DNA of 64,000 nucleotides, from positions 1 through 64,000 of the IMG/VR virus record IMGVR_UViG_3300023181_000003. One strand, 5' to 3'. The position numbers were made by a program, and so were the translations under genes. Each line of letters starts with the position of its first letter. Positions within the stretch are counted from its first letter, which is position 1. This stretch comes from a virus. The notes under the pieces are model-generated. The model saw only the letters and a list, made by a program, of their open reading frames with translations, made no database searches and was not told where the DNA came from. Shown in pieces: positions 52,360 to 60,518 of the stretch.

Positions 52360-52640
52360 TGACTGAAATTTCATTCATTAATAATGGTACAGTTACTATT
52401 AACTCTAGTGAACCACTTACTTTTGAAGGTAAGGCAACTGTAAATGAAATTGGTACCTCAAACTATTTTTCTTTCACAAAAGAACAAGCTGCTAGAGCAT
52501 TCACAGAATGGGACAGACGTTTCCGTGAAGCACCAGAAGAATTTGTAAATATTGCTGAACACCTATTGTTTAGTGATCCACAAACTTATGGTGAAGAATG
52601 TGCCCCATATTTCTTGAGTTTACTTGAAGAGTTAGAATAA
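52356..52640 (+). CDS. hypothetical protein
   Basis: ORF track, 94 aa; 4-nt overlap. Confidence 0.6.
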   Translation: MMTEISFINNGTVTINSSEPLTFEGKATVNEIGTSNYFSFTKEQAARAFTEWDRRFREAPEEFVNIAEHLLFSDPQTYGEECAPYFLSLLEELE

Positions 52641-52819
52641 TGAATGATATCGAAGTTAAATTGGGAGATATTCTAACTAACGAGGATATTGAGCAATTAA
52701 GTGAACAAGGCGTTCGTATCGGTCCCGATGATCATTTTTATACTCAAGATTTCAGAATGACTAGATTAAATATCCGTTATAATTCTGAGAAGAAAGTAAC
52801 TAAAATATTTAATGGTTAA
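52640..52819 (+). CDS. small protein with peptidase-inhibitor-I78-like motif (59 aa)
   Basis: Hand-translated. GVRIGPDDHFYTQDFRMTRLNIRYNSEKKVTKIFNG resembles the I78 pattern (vR.i.P....T.D.r.dRLN....); TAATG junction. Confidence 0.4.
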   Translation: MNDIEVKLGDILTNEDIEQLSEQGVRIGPDDHFYTQDFRMTRLNIRYNSEKKVTKIFNG

Positions 52820-52823
52820 TAAC

Positions 52824-52847
52824 ATAGGGCTTAGTGCCCTATTTTTG
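52824..52847 (+). terminator. rho-independent terminator
   Basis: ATAGGGC-TTAGT-GCCCTAT followed by TTTTTG. Confidence 0.6.
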
Positions 52848-52861
52848 TTTAAGGAAACACT

Positions 52862-53041
52862 ATGTTAGAATTAAAATGTGATGGGTCTTGTGTAGAATAT
52901 TCAGACCTTGGTGAACATTCTGGAGAAGTTGTGCGTGTTTACGTTGAAGGATGGGGCTATTTTAACTATTCTGAGACTGCTATAGCAGAGGATAGGCGTA
53001 GAGGTTTAGTTGTTCTTACAGAGGTAGAAGATGGCATTTAA
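52862..53041 (+). CDS. hypothetical protein (59 aa)
   Basis: Hand-translated MLELKCDGSCVEYSDLGEHSGEVVRVYVEGWGYFNY... Confidence 0.45.
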   Translation: MLELKCDGSCVEYSDLGEHSGEVVRVYVEGWGYFNYSETAIAEDRRRGLVVLTEVEDGI

Positions 53042-54131
53042 AACAGAGAATGTAATTACACCAAAAGAGAAATGTCCTTATGAATTGATGGTAATTGATT
53101 CTGACACGCCACTACTGACAGCCGCTAAGATGGTACAGACAGATTATGTTTTAGTTAAACATATTGCTTCAGGCCATGTTCAAAGATTTAAAAATGTTAC
53201 CGAATTCCACGGACACTGGAAGAGTAAATCAGGTGGTGCTCTAAAAGTAATGAATGATAAGCGTATTGCAAAAGGGCAAGAGCCCTTGTCAGTTGATGAC
53301 TTTGAGATTGAAGAATGTGCAGAGCTAAACACAGAAATTACAGATCATTTAAATAAGGCTATCGAATCATTCGATTTCTTTGTTGGACGTATGAAGAGAT
53401 TAAACTTTGCTGATGATTATCTACTAGTAATTGGTGGACAAGGTAATTTCAGAAAGACTCTTGGTAAGACTCTTCCCTATAAAGGAAAAAGAAGTGTTAA
53501 GCCTTTATTATTTGCTGAAGTAAAAGAAGCTATTATTCAAAAATATAAACGTAAGATTCATGTATGTGATGATGAAGAGGCTGATGATGTTTGTTCAATA
53601 TTAGCTTATAAAGATTATCTTAATTTCTTAGAGACAGGGCAAAAGAAGATTGTTCTAGGGTATGTAGACAAAGATTTGAAAATGTGTCTATCAGATCAGT
53701 TCAATTATGGAGACAGTGAGCCTGTAATTGTCACACAAACAATTGAAGAAGCTACAAAACACTTTTGTTCACAATTACTAAGTGGTGATTTAAGCACAGA
53801 TAATATTCTAGGTCTTCCTAATTTCTCTGATGATGTGAGAGAGAAGTATAAGCTAGGAAAGACCCGTGGCATCGGCAGGACTACAGCAGAGAAGTATCTT
53901 TCAGGCTGTGCTACTATCAAAGAGATGTTTGAGCGCGTTGTAGAGGCTTATAGAGGCTACTACGGGGATGATAAGAAACCATTTCTCTCTTGGGATGGAA
54001 ATACATATGAGTGGAATTGGTTAGATTACCTTCAAGATAGTGCTTTGATGCTTTGGTTACGTAGGGAAGAGGGAGAGCTATATAGCATTGAAGAAGTTTT
54101 AAAAGAATTGGAGATTAAATATGAGTCATAG
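53031..54131 (+). CDS. 5'-3' exonuclease / flap endonuclease (RNase H-like)
   Basis: 366 aa; acidic clusters VIDSDT and CDDEEADDV, plus H3TH-like GKTRGIGRTTAEKYL. Confidence 0.75.
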   Translation: MAFKTENVITPKEKCPYELMVIDSDTPLLTAAKMVQTDYVLVKHIASGHVQRFKNVTEFHGHWKSKSGGALKVMNDKRIAKGQEPLSVDDFEIEECAELNTEITDHLNKAIESFDFFVGRMKRLNFADDYLLVIGGQGNFRKTLGKTLPYKGKRSVKPLLFAEVKEAIIQKYKRKIHVCDDEEADDVCSILAYKDYLNFLETGQKKIVLGYVDKDLKMCLSDQFNYGDSEPVIVTQTIEEATKHFCSQLLSGDLSTDNILGLPNFSDDVREKYKLGKTRGIGRTTAEKYLSGCATIKEMFERVVEAYRGYYGDDKKPFLSWDGNTYEWNWLDYLQDSALMLWLRREEGELYSIEEVLKELEIKYES

Positions 54132-54336
54132 GATTGAAGGCTGGTGTATTATTGACAGTCAGACTGGTGAGAGAATCCTGAAAGTTTATGAGACTAGGGG
54201 TGGAGCCAAGACTAGTTTTAATAATAGTTGTTATGCGCGTTTGTGTCTTGGGCATGTTGAAAAATTTGATGAACAAATTCGTTATATCTTAAATCCTTTA
54301 GTATTGATTGAAGGGGAAGATGACAGCACAAAATAA
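54121..54336 (+). CDS. hypothetical protein
   Basis: ORF track, 71 aa. Confidence 0.55.
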   Translation: MSHRIEGWCIIDSQTGERILKVYETRGGAKTSFNNSCYARLCLGHVEKFDEQIRYILNPLVLIEGEDDSTK

Positions 54337-54886
54337 AATAGAAGAGATTCTAAAACAATATCCTCAGATATGGAAAACAGAATCATCTTTCATGTCTTTC
54401 CTTCGAGGGGGTGTAAGATCAGGGCTATGGAATAAACACCCTGTCAAGTTAGAATTCATTAAGAATAATAGAATAAGAATAGAAAACCCTAAATTAGAAA
54501 ATCGTGGTAGATTCCCAACAGTGTGGGGTGGTGTTTGTGCTCTCACGGGAGAACTTTGTGTTATAGGAGATATGGAAGTTGATCACAAAGTTGGAGGGCA
54601 CAGCCTTAGAAGCATTAAAGATTTGCAACAATTTGTAGAAGGTCTTGCGCTTATCACAGCAGAGGATTTACAATTGGTGTCTAAGGTGGCACATAAGATT
54701 AAAAGTATGTCAGAGAAAAATGGAACAGACTTCAACACTGCGATGATAGAAAAGAAAGCCATTCAAATCTGTAAGGATAATCTTGACAAGGCTTTTCTAG
54801 AGGAACATAATCTAGTTCCAGCCACAACAAAGGCTAAGCGTAGACAACAAATTGTAGAATTTTTAACTAAGGAGAATTTAAAATGA
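54320..54886 (+). CDS. HNH-like (His-Me finger) protein
   Basis: Track TTG start moved to the ATG at 54320. CALTGELCVIGDMEVDHKVGGH ... VSKVAHKIKS resembles an HNH core lacking the second Cys pair. Confidence 0.5.
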   Translation: MTAQNKIEEILKQYPQIWKTESSFMSFLRGGVRSGLWNKHPVKLEFIKNNRIRIENPKLENRGRFPTVWGGVCALTGELCVIGDMEVDHKVGGHSLRSIKDLQQFVEGLALITAEDLQLVSKVAHKIKSMSEKNGTDFNTAMIEKKAIQICKDNLDKAFLEEHNLVPATTKAKRRQQIVEFLTKENLK

Positions 54887-55095
54887 AGAGTGAAATTAAT
54901 GTTAGTGTGGTACAATCTTACCCCATGCTTAAAATCCATGATGACGGGGATATTGTCTTGTTTATAACAGATCGAAATGGCACGGTTGTAAAATGGGGAG
55001 GTAGAAGTCAAACTAAAGAGGGTGTATTTATCAAAGATTGGTCAACAGATGGTTGGTCTAAATTCACAGGCTCAGTAACCCTCTCAAACGATTAA
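54883..55095 (+). CDS. hypothetical protein
   Basis: ORF track, 70 aa; ATGA overlap. Confidence 0.55.
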   Translation: MKSEINVSVVQSYPMLKIHDDGDIVLFITDRNGTVVKWGGRSQTKEGVFIKDWSTDGWSKFTGSVTLSND

Positions 55096-55105
55096 AGGAA
55101 ATATT

Positions 55106-55300
55106 ATGTTACAACAAGACACAATCTTTGGAATTCTTGGTATTGTTTTTATTGTATTAAAAATTCTAAGTATTGGTATAGTAGCTCAATGGTCCTGGTG
55201 GCTTGTATTACTACCATTGTACGGCCCTATTTTATTTTCAATTTTATTTTGGGCTATGTTCATTTTCTTTAATATTATTGTTGCAATATTTAAATCATGA
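55106..55300 (+). CDS. small membrane protein (2 TM)
   Basis: 64 aa, almost entirely hydrophobic (IFGILGIVFIVL...WWLVLLPLYGPILFSILFWAMFIFF). Confidence 0.6.
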   Translation: MLQQDTIFGILGIVFIVLKILSIGIVAQWSWWLVLLPLYGPILFSILFWAMFIFFNIIVAIFKS

Positions 55301-55467
55301 TCTACGATATCTACGTCTCAGGTAAATACTTCGGTAATGTCAATGAGAAATCATTGCAACTAGCTGCTGTAAAAGCCCGACAGCTTATTAACATGAGCAA
55401 TCCAAAAACTTCTGCTACAAAATTCTCTCTACTACAGAGAGTAGAGACTATTGAATTTGATCTATAA
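55297..55467 (+). CDS. hypothetical protein (56 aa)
   Basis: Hand-translated MIYDIYVSGKYFGNVNEKSLQLAAVKARQLINM...; ATGA overlap; preferred over antisense track ORF 55311..55514. Confidence 0.45.
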   Translation: MIYDIYVSGKYFGNVNEKSLQLAAVKARQLINMSNPKTSATKFSLLQRVETIEFDL

Positions 55468-55481
55468 TTGAGGAAACATCT

Positions 55482-55673
55482 ATGACAATTCACGCCTATC
55501 GTGCTCATGCACATAATAAAGAGAAAAATCTAGTTGCAGCTAAGATTAATTGTTCAGATGAATATGATTTCTTTGAGAGTGAAGAACATCATATTGCAGC
55601 TATAGATTTTGAAGAAATGACAAAGCTAGACGGAAAAGGTGTGACATTGTTTTTAATTAGTAAAGGAGAATGA
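55482..55673 (+). CDS. hypothetical protein
   Basis: ORF track, 63 aa. Confidence 0.55.
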   Translation: MTIHAYRAHAHNKEKNLVAAKINCSDEYDFFESEEHHIAAIDFEEMTKLDGKGVTLFLISKGE

Positions 55674-56128
55674 ATATGGAATATGAATTTAAAGTTGGCG
55701 ATAAGGTAAAACTACCAGATTGGGATACTGCGTATCCAATTGCTCACATTAGAGAGGATAGTATTAGTCTTGGCGGGTTTTATTATCCTATTAGACTAGG
55801 ATTTATTAAAGAGTCTGTCAAAACACCACATAAGCATGCTGAATTGATTAAGGCATGGGCTGATGGGGAGAAGATTCAAGGTAAAGCTTGGCAAGGAAAA
55901 TGGTTTGATACTTCTAGACCCGATTGGCTAGAAGAAAATGAATATCGTATCAAGCCAGAGCCTAAACCTGATAACATTTGCTTTGGTTTTTGCCCTGGGC
56001 TACATGATCAAGATTCTTACCCTAGAATTACTAATATTGCAATGGCAACAGATGAAACTGATAACATTAAATTCACTTTCGATGGTGAAACTGGAAAACT
56101 AAAATCTGTAGAAATGATTGGAGAATAA
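55670..56128 (+). CDS. hypothetical protein (KVGD family)
   Basis: ORF track, 152 aa. Confidence 0.6.
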   Translation: MNMEYEFKVGDKVKLPDWDTAYPIAHIREDSISLGGFYYPIRLGFIKESVKTPHKHAELIKAWADGEKIQGKAWQGKWFDTSRPDWLEENEYRIKPEPKPDNICFGFCPGLHDQDSYPRITNIAMATDETDNIKFTFDGETGKLKSVEMIGE

Positions 56129-56129
56129 A

Positions 56130-56306
56130 ATGAAAGCAAAAGAAAAGAACTCTGTCCTAGATGCAATTGAATCAGATAGTTTTGAATACGCATTTGTATA
56201 TTACTCTCATTTTAAAGAGATTAAAGATGATGAGTTTCACAAACTACGTGAAGAATACTTAAAAGCTAGAGAACTTCTAGCTGATTACATCGGTTATCAA
56301 ACTTAA
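56130..56306 (+). CDS. hypothetical protein
   Basis: Track TTG start 56118 moved to the ATG at 56130, right after the upstream stop. Confidence 0.55.
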   Translation: MKAKEKNSVLDAIESDSFEYAFVYYSHFKEIKDDEFHKLREEYLKARELLADYIGYQT

Positions 56307-56315
56307 GGATTAAAG

Positions 56316-56516
56316 ATGGATAAACCAAAAGTACATTTTATTCTAGAACATGATTTATTTAATTTTCTAGAAGTGGGAAAGAAAGCCTCTGTTGTAGCTC
56401 TAGACCATCCACGTCTAGGGTGTACACGAGTGTTTACATCTCGGATTATCAGTATTAATTATGAATATAAATCATTCGAGACGTTGAATAGTGTTTATGT
56501 TGCATCGAATGATTGA
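56316..56516 (+). CDS. hypothetical protein
   Basis: ORF track, 66 aa. Confidence 0.55.
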   Translation: MDKPKVHFILEHDLFNFLEVGKKASVVALDHPRLGCTRVFTSRIISINYEYKSFETLNSVYVASND

Positions 56517-56534
56517 TGCATAAAAACAACACTA

Positions 56535-56575
56535 AGCCTTACAATTGTAAAAAGTTGTAAGGCTTTTTCTTTTTG
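56535..56575 (+). terminator. rho-independent terminator
   Basis: AGCCTTACAA...TTGTAAGGCT 10-bp stem followed by TTTTTCTTTTT. Confidence 0.7.
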
Positions 56576-56584
56576 TGAAAGCTG

Positions 56585-56593
56585 TGATATGAT
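56585..56593 (+). promoter_or_regulatory. extended -10 element TGaTATGAT
   Basis: Same TGnTAnnAT pattern as the other promoters; sits between the terminator and gene 56624. Confidence 0.35.
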
Positions 56594-56623
56594 AGCTACA
56601 TCGCAACAAAGGAATGAATCATC

Positions 56624-56953
56624 ATGGACATGCAATTTGAAGATAAAGTTGTTCGCAAGTGGTTGTCTAAACGAGATGATGCACAACGAAGGGGTATTGA
56701 ATTTAACCTTTCTGTTGTTTCAATTAGAAACCTTCTTCTGTCTAAGAAGTGTTACTATCTTGGCACCCCACTGTCACCAGACAAGATCACGATTGATCGT
56801 GTAGATGGTCGTAAGGGTTATGTCAAGGGAAATGTTGTAGCTTGTAGTAATAAAGCAAATCAAGTTAAAGAGATTTTTGAGCGAGAACCACAACTTCTTG
56901 ATACAATCCGTGATAAGATGAATAAACACATGAAAGGAAATACAAATGTCTGA
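56624..56953 (+). CDS. HNH-family endonuclease-like protein
   Basis: 109 aa; ...CYYLGTPLSPDKITIDRVDGRKGYVKGNVVACSNKANQVK matches the small phage HNH pattern (C..tG......s.DRid...GY..gNv......N..K). Confidence 0.6.
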   Translation: MDMQFEDKVVRKWLSKRDDAQRRGIEFNLSVVSIRNLLLSKKCYYLGTPLSPDKITIDRVDGRKGYVKGNVVACSNKANQVKEIFEREPQLLDTIRDKMNKHMKGNTNV

Positions 56954-57293
56954 AACTATTAATATCCTAGACACCAAAGCTGCCAATATTGTTATTTTTA
57001 GTGCTATGGTGGAGCATTGTAAAAATGATGATATCCTTGAAGTTTTTAATATTATTCATGAGGGTGGTAACTCTAAGGCTGAAGTGAAGGTTCTTGTAAA
57101 CAACGTCGAAGTGCCTTTTTCTAAGTGTCTTGTTGAAGCTATGGAAAGTCTAATGGAAAATTATGATAAGCATTTAGAAGAAAAAGCAAAGAAATTGCTA
57201 TCACAAACTAAGCTTTCTGGTCTGATGTATGCATTGGAACAAGCTGAAGATTTGGTCGGAGAAGAATTCAATAAACTTGATATCTCACTTTAA
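56946..57293 (+). CDS. hypothetical protein
   Basis: ORF track, 115 aa. Confidence 0.6.
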   Translation: MSETINILDTKAANIVIFSAMVEHCKNDDILEVFNIIHEGGNSKAEVKVLVNNVEVPFSKCLVEAMESLMENYDKHLEEKAKKLLSQTKLSGLMYALEQAEDLVGEEFNKLDISL

Positions 57294-57304
57294 AGGAAAA
57301 TAAA

Positions 57305-57490
57305 ATGTTTAATATGCTATCAAATCTCGCTAAGGCAACTGTTGCAGTTGTTGTTACTCCTGTTGCTGTAGTGGCAGACCTAGTTACCCTTCCTGCGTCA
57401 GCAGATGATGGTACACACCCTTTTGGCTATACCAAGGGGCTTATTAGCCAAGCTAACAAGGCTTTCGATTCGGCTGTAAAGCCTGATTAA
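57305..57490 (+). CDS. hypothetical protein
   Basis: ORF track, 61 aa; hydrophobic N-terminal half. Confidence 0.55.
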   Translation: MFNMLSNLAKATVAVVVTPVAVVADLVTLPASADDGTHPFGYTKGLISQANKAFDSAVKPD

Positions 57491-57505
57491 TTTAAAGGAT
57501 TAAAA

Positions 57506-57700
57506 ATGTTTACAAAAGAACAAGCACTAGCTGTAATGGGCTTTACAGGTATGACTACAATGAATTTTGGTGATTTTCACTATGATGTTGAGCAACGTCT
57601 TGGACATCCTGTGTTTACACATACATTTGCTAATAAAGAGTTTGCAGAGAAAATTAAAGAACTTTATCGTGCAGACTTTATTAAAGAATGTCTGATTTAA
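57506..57700 (+). CDS. hypothetical protein
   Basis: ORF track, 64 aa. Confidence 0.55.
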   Translation: MFTKEQALAVMGFTGMTTMNFGDFHYDVEQRLGHPVFTHTFANKEFAEKIKELYRADFIKECLI

Positions 57701-57710
57701 AGGAGTCATA

Positions 57711-57911
57711 ATGTATAAATACACAGATAAACAAATCCTAGATTGGTTAGGTAATAATTATTTTCATCGTGAGAAAGACGATTGGGATACTAAGTATCAT
57801 AAAGGTTATACACAATGGGTGTTCTTTGCACCTGAAGGACGACAAGGAGATATTCGTTGGGTAATTGAAGGTGCAATGGAACGACAAGGAGTAGAGCAAA
57901 ATGAAGATTAA
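57711..57911 (+). CDS. hypothetical protein
   Basis: ORF track, 66 aa. Confidence 0.55.
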   Translation: MYKYTDKQILDWLGNNYFHREKDDWDTKYHKGYTQWVFFAPEGRQGDIRWVIEGAMERQGVEQNED

Positions 57912-58107
57912 TTTGGAACGTATTATTACTATGGTTGCTTATGCAATCCTTCCAAACCTCATGACAGGTTTTATTATTTGGGTTACTTTCCCATATATCA
58001 CCAATGAACTGATTGTTTTGTTTTCTCTGATTTTCAGTCCCATCTTTATGATTGCAAGTATGATTGCTGGTTTTGATCTTGGAAAGAAGTACAATGAAAA
58101 CAATTGA
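57901..58107 (+). CDS. small membrane protein (2 TM)
   Basis: 68 aa; two hydrophobic segments. Confidence 0.55.
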   Translation: MKINLERIITMVAYAILPNLMTGFIIWVTFPYITNELIVLFSLIFSPIFMIASMIAGFDLGKKYNENN

Positions 58108-59194
58108 ATACATAAAACAAAATGGCCTTAAGGCTCTTACAGATGATTTAGCTATTGCTGTAAAGCCTTTTATCACTCCAGAAGGTGATACACTTTACCT
58201 ACTTGATTACAATCAAATTGATTCACCTAAGTGTCATCCTGTAGTTATGGAATGCCGTAGCCTTATCATTGATAGTGAATATAATGTTGTTAGCCGATCA
58301 TTCGATAGGTTTTTCAATATTTCCGAGGCCCCTGATGTAACACCAAAAATTGATTGGTCTACAGATGTTGTAGCTTCTAAAGTGGACGGAAGTTTGACAA
58401 AGGTTTTCTGTTATAAAAACACTTGGTATATTTCAACACGTGGAACTGCATTTGCTGATAGTAAGGTTGGTCCTTGGGATATGACTTTCCGAGATTTGGT
58501 ATTGAAGGCTCTAGATGTTTACGATGATGAAGAGTTTCAGAATCGTTGTAATAAATTTCTAGATAAAGAAAACACTTACATCTTTGAAGTAACTTCTATG
58601 GAGAATAGGGTTGTAACTCGGTATGAGGGATATACTCTACACTTGCTTGCTATCCGAAATAATCTAGTTGGTAATTACATTGACGTAAATCAATTGAGTT
58701 CAGAGTTTCGACATAAGAATGTAAAGACTTATTCTTTTGCTACTGAGAAAGAATGTATTGATGCCGCAAATAATTTACCAGATTTAGAGGAAGGCTATGT
58801 TGTATATAAACAAGGCATTCCAATCTGCAAGATTAAAAGTCCCCTATACGTCAGCATCCACTATGTAAAAGGAAATGGTCTTACTCCGAGGATCATAATG
58901 GAAAAGATTCTAGAGAACGAAGTAGAAGAATACCTAGCATACTTCCCTGAAGATGCAAAGCATTTCCTTCCATACCAGAAGGCTTTGATTTCTCTGATGA
59001 TTGATGTACATGAGAGTTTTATTAAAAATATTACTATTGTAAATCAAAAAGATTTTGCTATGGCTGTGAAAGACACTCCTTTTGCTGCTATACTCTTCTT
59101 TGCACGTAAGAGTGGTGTTGGAGTGGCTGAGAGTTTTGAACTTCAGACAGCACCATATAAGCTACGTCTGCTTGAGACGTATGTAAAAGTTTGA
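58094..59194 (+). CDS. ATP-dependent RNA ligase, Rnl1-like (KxDGS type)
   Basis: Start moved to the ATG at 58094. Motif I ASKVDGSL, then YIFEV, EGYVVY and CKIKSP, which resemble motifs III, IV and V. Confidence 0.7.
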   Translation: MKTIEYIKQNGLKALTDDLAIAVKPFITPEGDTLYLLDYNQIDSPKCHPVVMECRSLIIDSEYNVVSRSFDRFFNISEAPDVTPKIDWSTDVVASKVDGSLTKVFCYKNTWYISTRGTAFADSKVGPWDMTFRDLVLKALDVYDDEEFQNRCNKFLDKENTYIFEVTSMENRVVTRYEGYTLHLLAIRNNLVGNYIDVNQLSSEFRHKNVKTYSFATEKECIDAANNLPDLEEGYVVYKQGIPICKIKSPLYVSIHYVKGNGLTPRIIMEKILENEVEEYLAYFPEDAKHFLPYQKALISLMIDVHESFIKNITIVNQKDFAMAVKDTPFAAILFFARKSGVGVAESFELQTAPYKLRLLETYVKV

Positions 59195-59205
59195 AAGGAA
59201 TAAAC

Positions 59206-59976
59206 ATGATTACACAAGAGAATTTTAAGAAGTGGTCTAAAATCGGCCTGATTGGTCTAGCCGCTCTAGTGGTGGCCCCTGTAGTCTTTATGATTATTAA
59301 GGGCATTGTAGGGGCTGCTATTGCCCTTGCTGTGGGAGGTTTAGTTATTGCTTTAGCTCCGGCAGTATCACAGAGCCTTACAACATTAAAGTTTAAAGCT
59401 TTAGGTGTTGTGATTGATCATTCTCCAGTGGAAGCATTACATCAGCGAGCTAAGGAACGTTGGGAAGAGTTAGAAAATCAACAAGAGATGTTAAAACAAC
59501 AAGCTGCATCACTAGAATCTTTCCGATCAAAAGCTTTACGTTTTATCAAGCAATATCCCGATGAAGCCCTAACATGGCAAGAGCGCTTAAAAGGTTATGA
59601 AAATCTGTTTGCAATGCGTGTAGAAATGTGGAAGAAAGCACGAGATTCAACACAAATCTTTATGCAACAAGTGGATAAGGCTGAGGCAATTTATGAGATG
59701 GCTGTAGAAGATCAGAAGATTGGTAAATCATTTGGTAAATCTAAAGATTTTATGTCTGTGTTCAAAGAAAAGACAGCGTTTGAAGCCATTGACAAGGCGA
59801 ACAACCAAGCTATGGCTGACCTCAAGATGGCACTCCTAGATGATGATTTTGTTACAAAAAAGGTTGAAGAAAGTGTTGAACCTATGCGCCAAGTGAGTTA
59901 TACTAACAACACAGTGAATCTAGGCTCTTTGCTTGAGATTCGTGAACTACAACCTGCTGTATTGAAAGGAATGTGA
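59206..59976 (+). CDS. membrane-anchored coiled-coil protein
   Basis: Track TTG start moved to the ATG at 59206 (AAAGGAATAAAC). Two N-terminal TM segments, then a long helical Glu/Lys/Gln-rich region. Confidence 0.6.
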   Translation: MITQENFKKWSKIGLIGLAALVVAPVVFMIIKGIVGAAIALAVGGLVIALAPAVSQSLTTLKFKALGVVIDHSPVEALHQRAKERWEELENQQEMLKQQAASLESFRSKALRFIKQYPDEALTWQERLKGYENLFAMRVEMWKKARDSTQIFMQQVDKAEAIYEMAVEDQKIGKSFGKSKDFMSVFKEKTAFEAIDKANNQAMADLKMALLDDDFVTKKVEESVEPMRQVSYTNNTVNLGSLLEIRELQPAVLKGM

Positions 59977-60122
59977 TGAAATCTGTAATAATTGGTATCA
60001 CTTTACTTATTGTTGTGATTGGGGCTCTTTTCTTTGCTACAATGGAAGACTCTAAGCCAACACAGACTAGAGCAATCTCTACTCCTATAGATAATGGTTA
60101 CTCTAATTTTAAAATGAATTGA
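59976..60122 (+). CDS. small single-TM protein (48 aa)
   Basis: Hand-translated MKSVIIGITLLIVVIGALFFATMEDSKPTQ...; start overlaps the upstream stop. Confidence 0.4.
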   Translation: MKSVIIGITLLIVVIGALFFATMEDSKPTQTRAISTPIDNGYSNFKMN

Positions 60123-60133
60123 AAGGATAAATT

Positions 60134-60496
60134 ATGAAAAAGAATATTGCAATGAAATGGGTTAAAGCTCTTGAGTCTGGTGATTATAAACAGGGTAGGG
60201 AAAGACTTAGGAGTAAGAGCAATAAGTTTTGTTGTCTAGGTGTTTTGTGTAATATTCATGCCCAGGAAAATCCAAAATTTGCTAAGAAAATGAAGGATAA
60301 TCTTTCCTACGGTACTGATGGTTTTGGTACCCCTGAAGGGGGTGTTCTTCCTGTTGAGGTAATGGAATGGGCTGGTATGGAAAATACAGATGGTAAATAT
60401 GCCAGTTTTATTCCATCTCTAATTGAGCTAAATGATGGTGGCGTTAATTTTGAAAAAATTGCACAGACCATTAAAGATAACTGGAAAAGTCTGTAA
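60134..60496 (+). CDS. hypothetical protein
   Basis: ORF track, 120 aa; W.KALESGDY.QG...CCLGVLC motif recurs in phage proteins of unknown function (recollection). Confidence 0.6.
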   Translation: MKKNIAMKWVKALESGDYKQGRERLRSKSNKFCCLGVLCNIHAQENPKFAKKMKDNLSYGTDGFGTPEGGVLPVEVMEWAGMENTDGKYASFIPSLIELNDGGVNFEKIAQTIKDNWKSL

Positions 60497-60518
60497 AACT
60501 CTATAAAGGAAATATATT

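Noticed and set aside
54364-58176. Minus-strand ORFs 54364..54546, 54763..55011, 55311..55514, 56495..56686, 56774..56986, 57527..57724 and 57790..58176, and plus-strand 56589..56804
   Set aside because: They interrupt a continuous, translationally coupled rightward operon, or overlap the terminator at 56535-56575. The plus-strand ORFs give better proteins.
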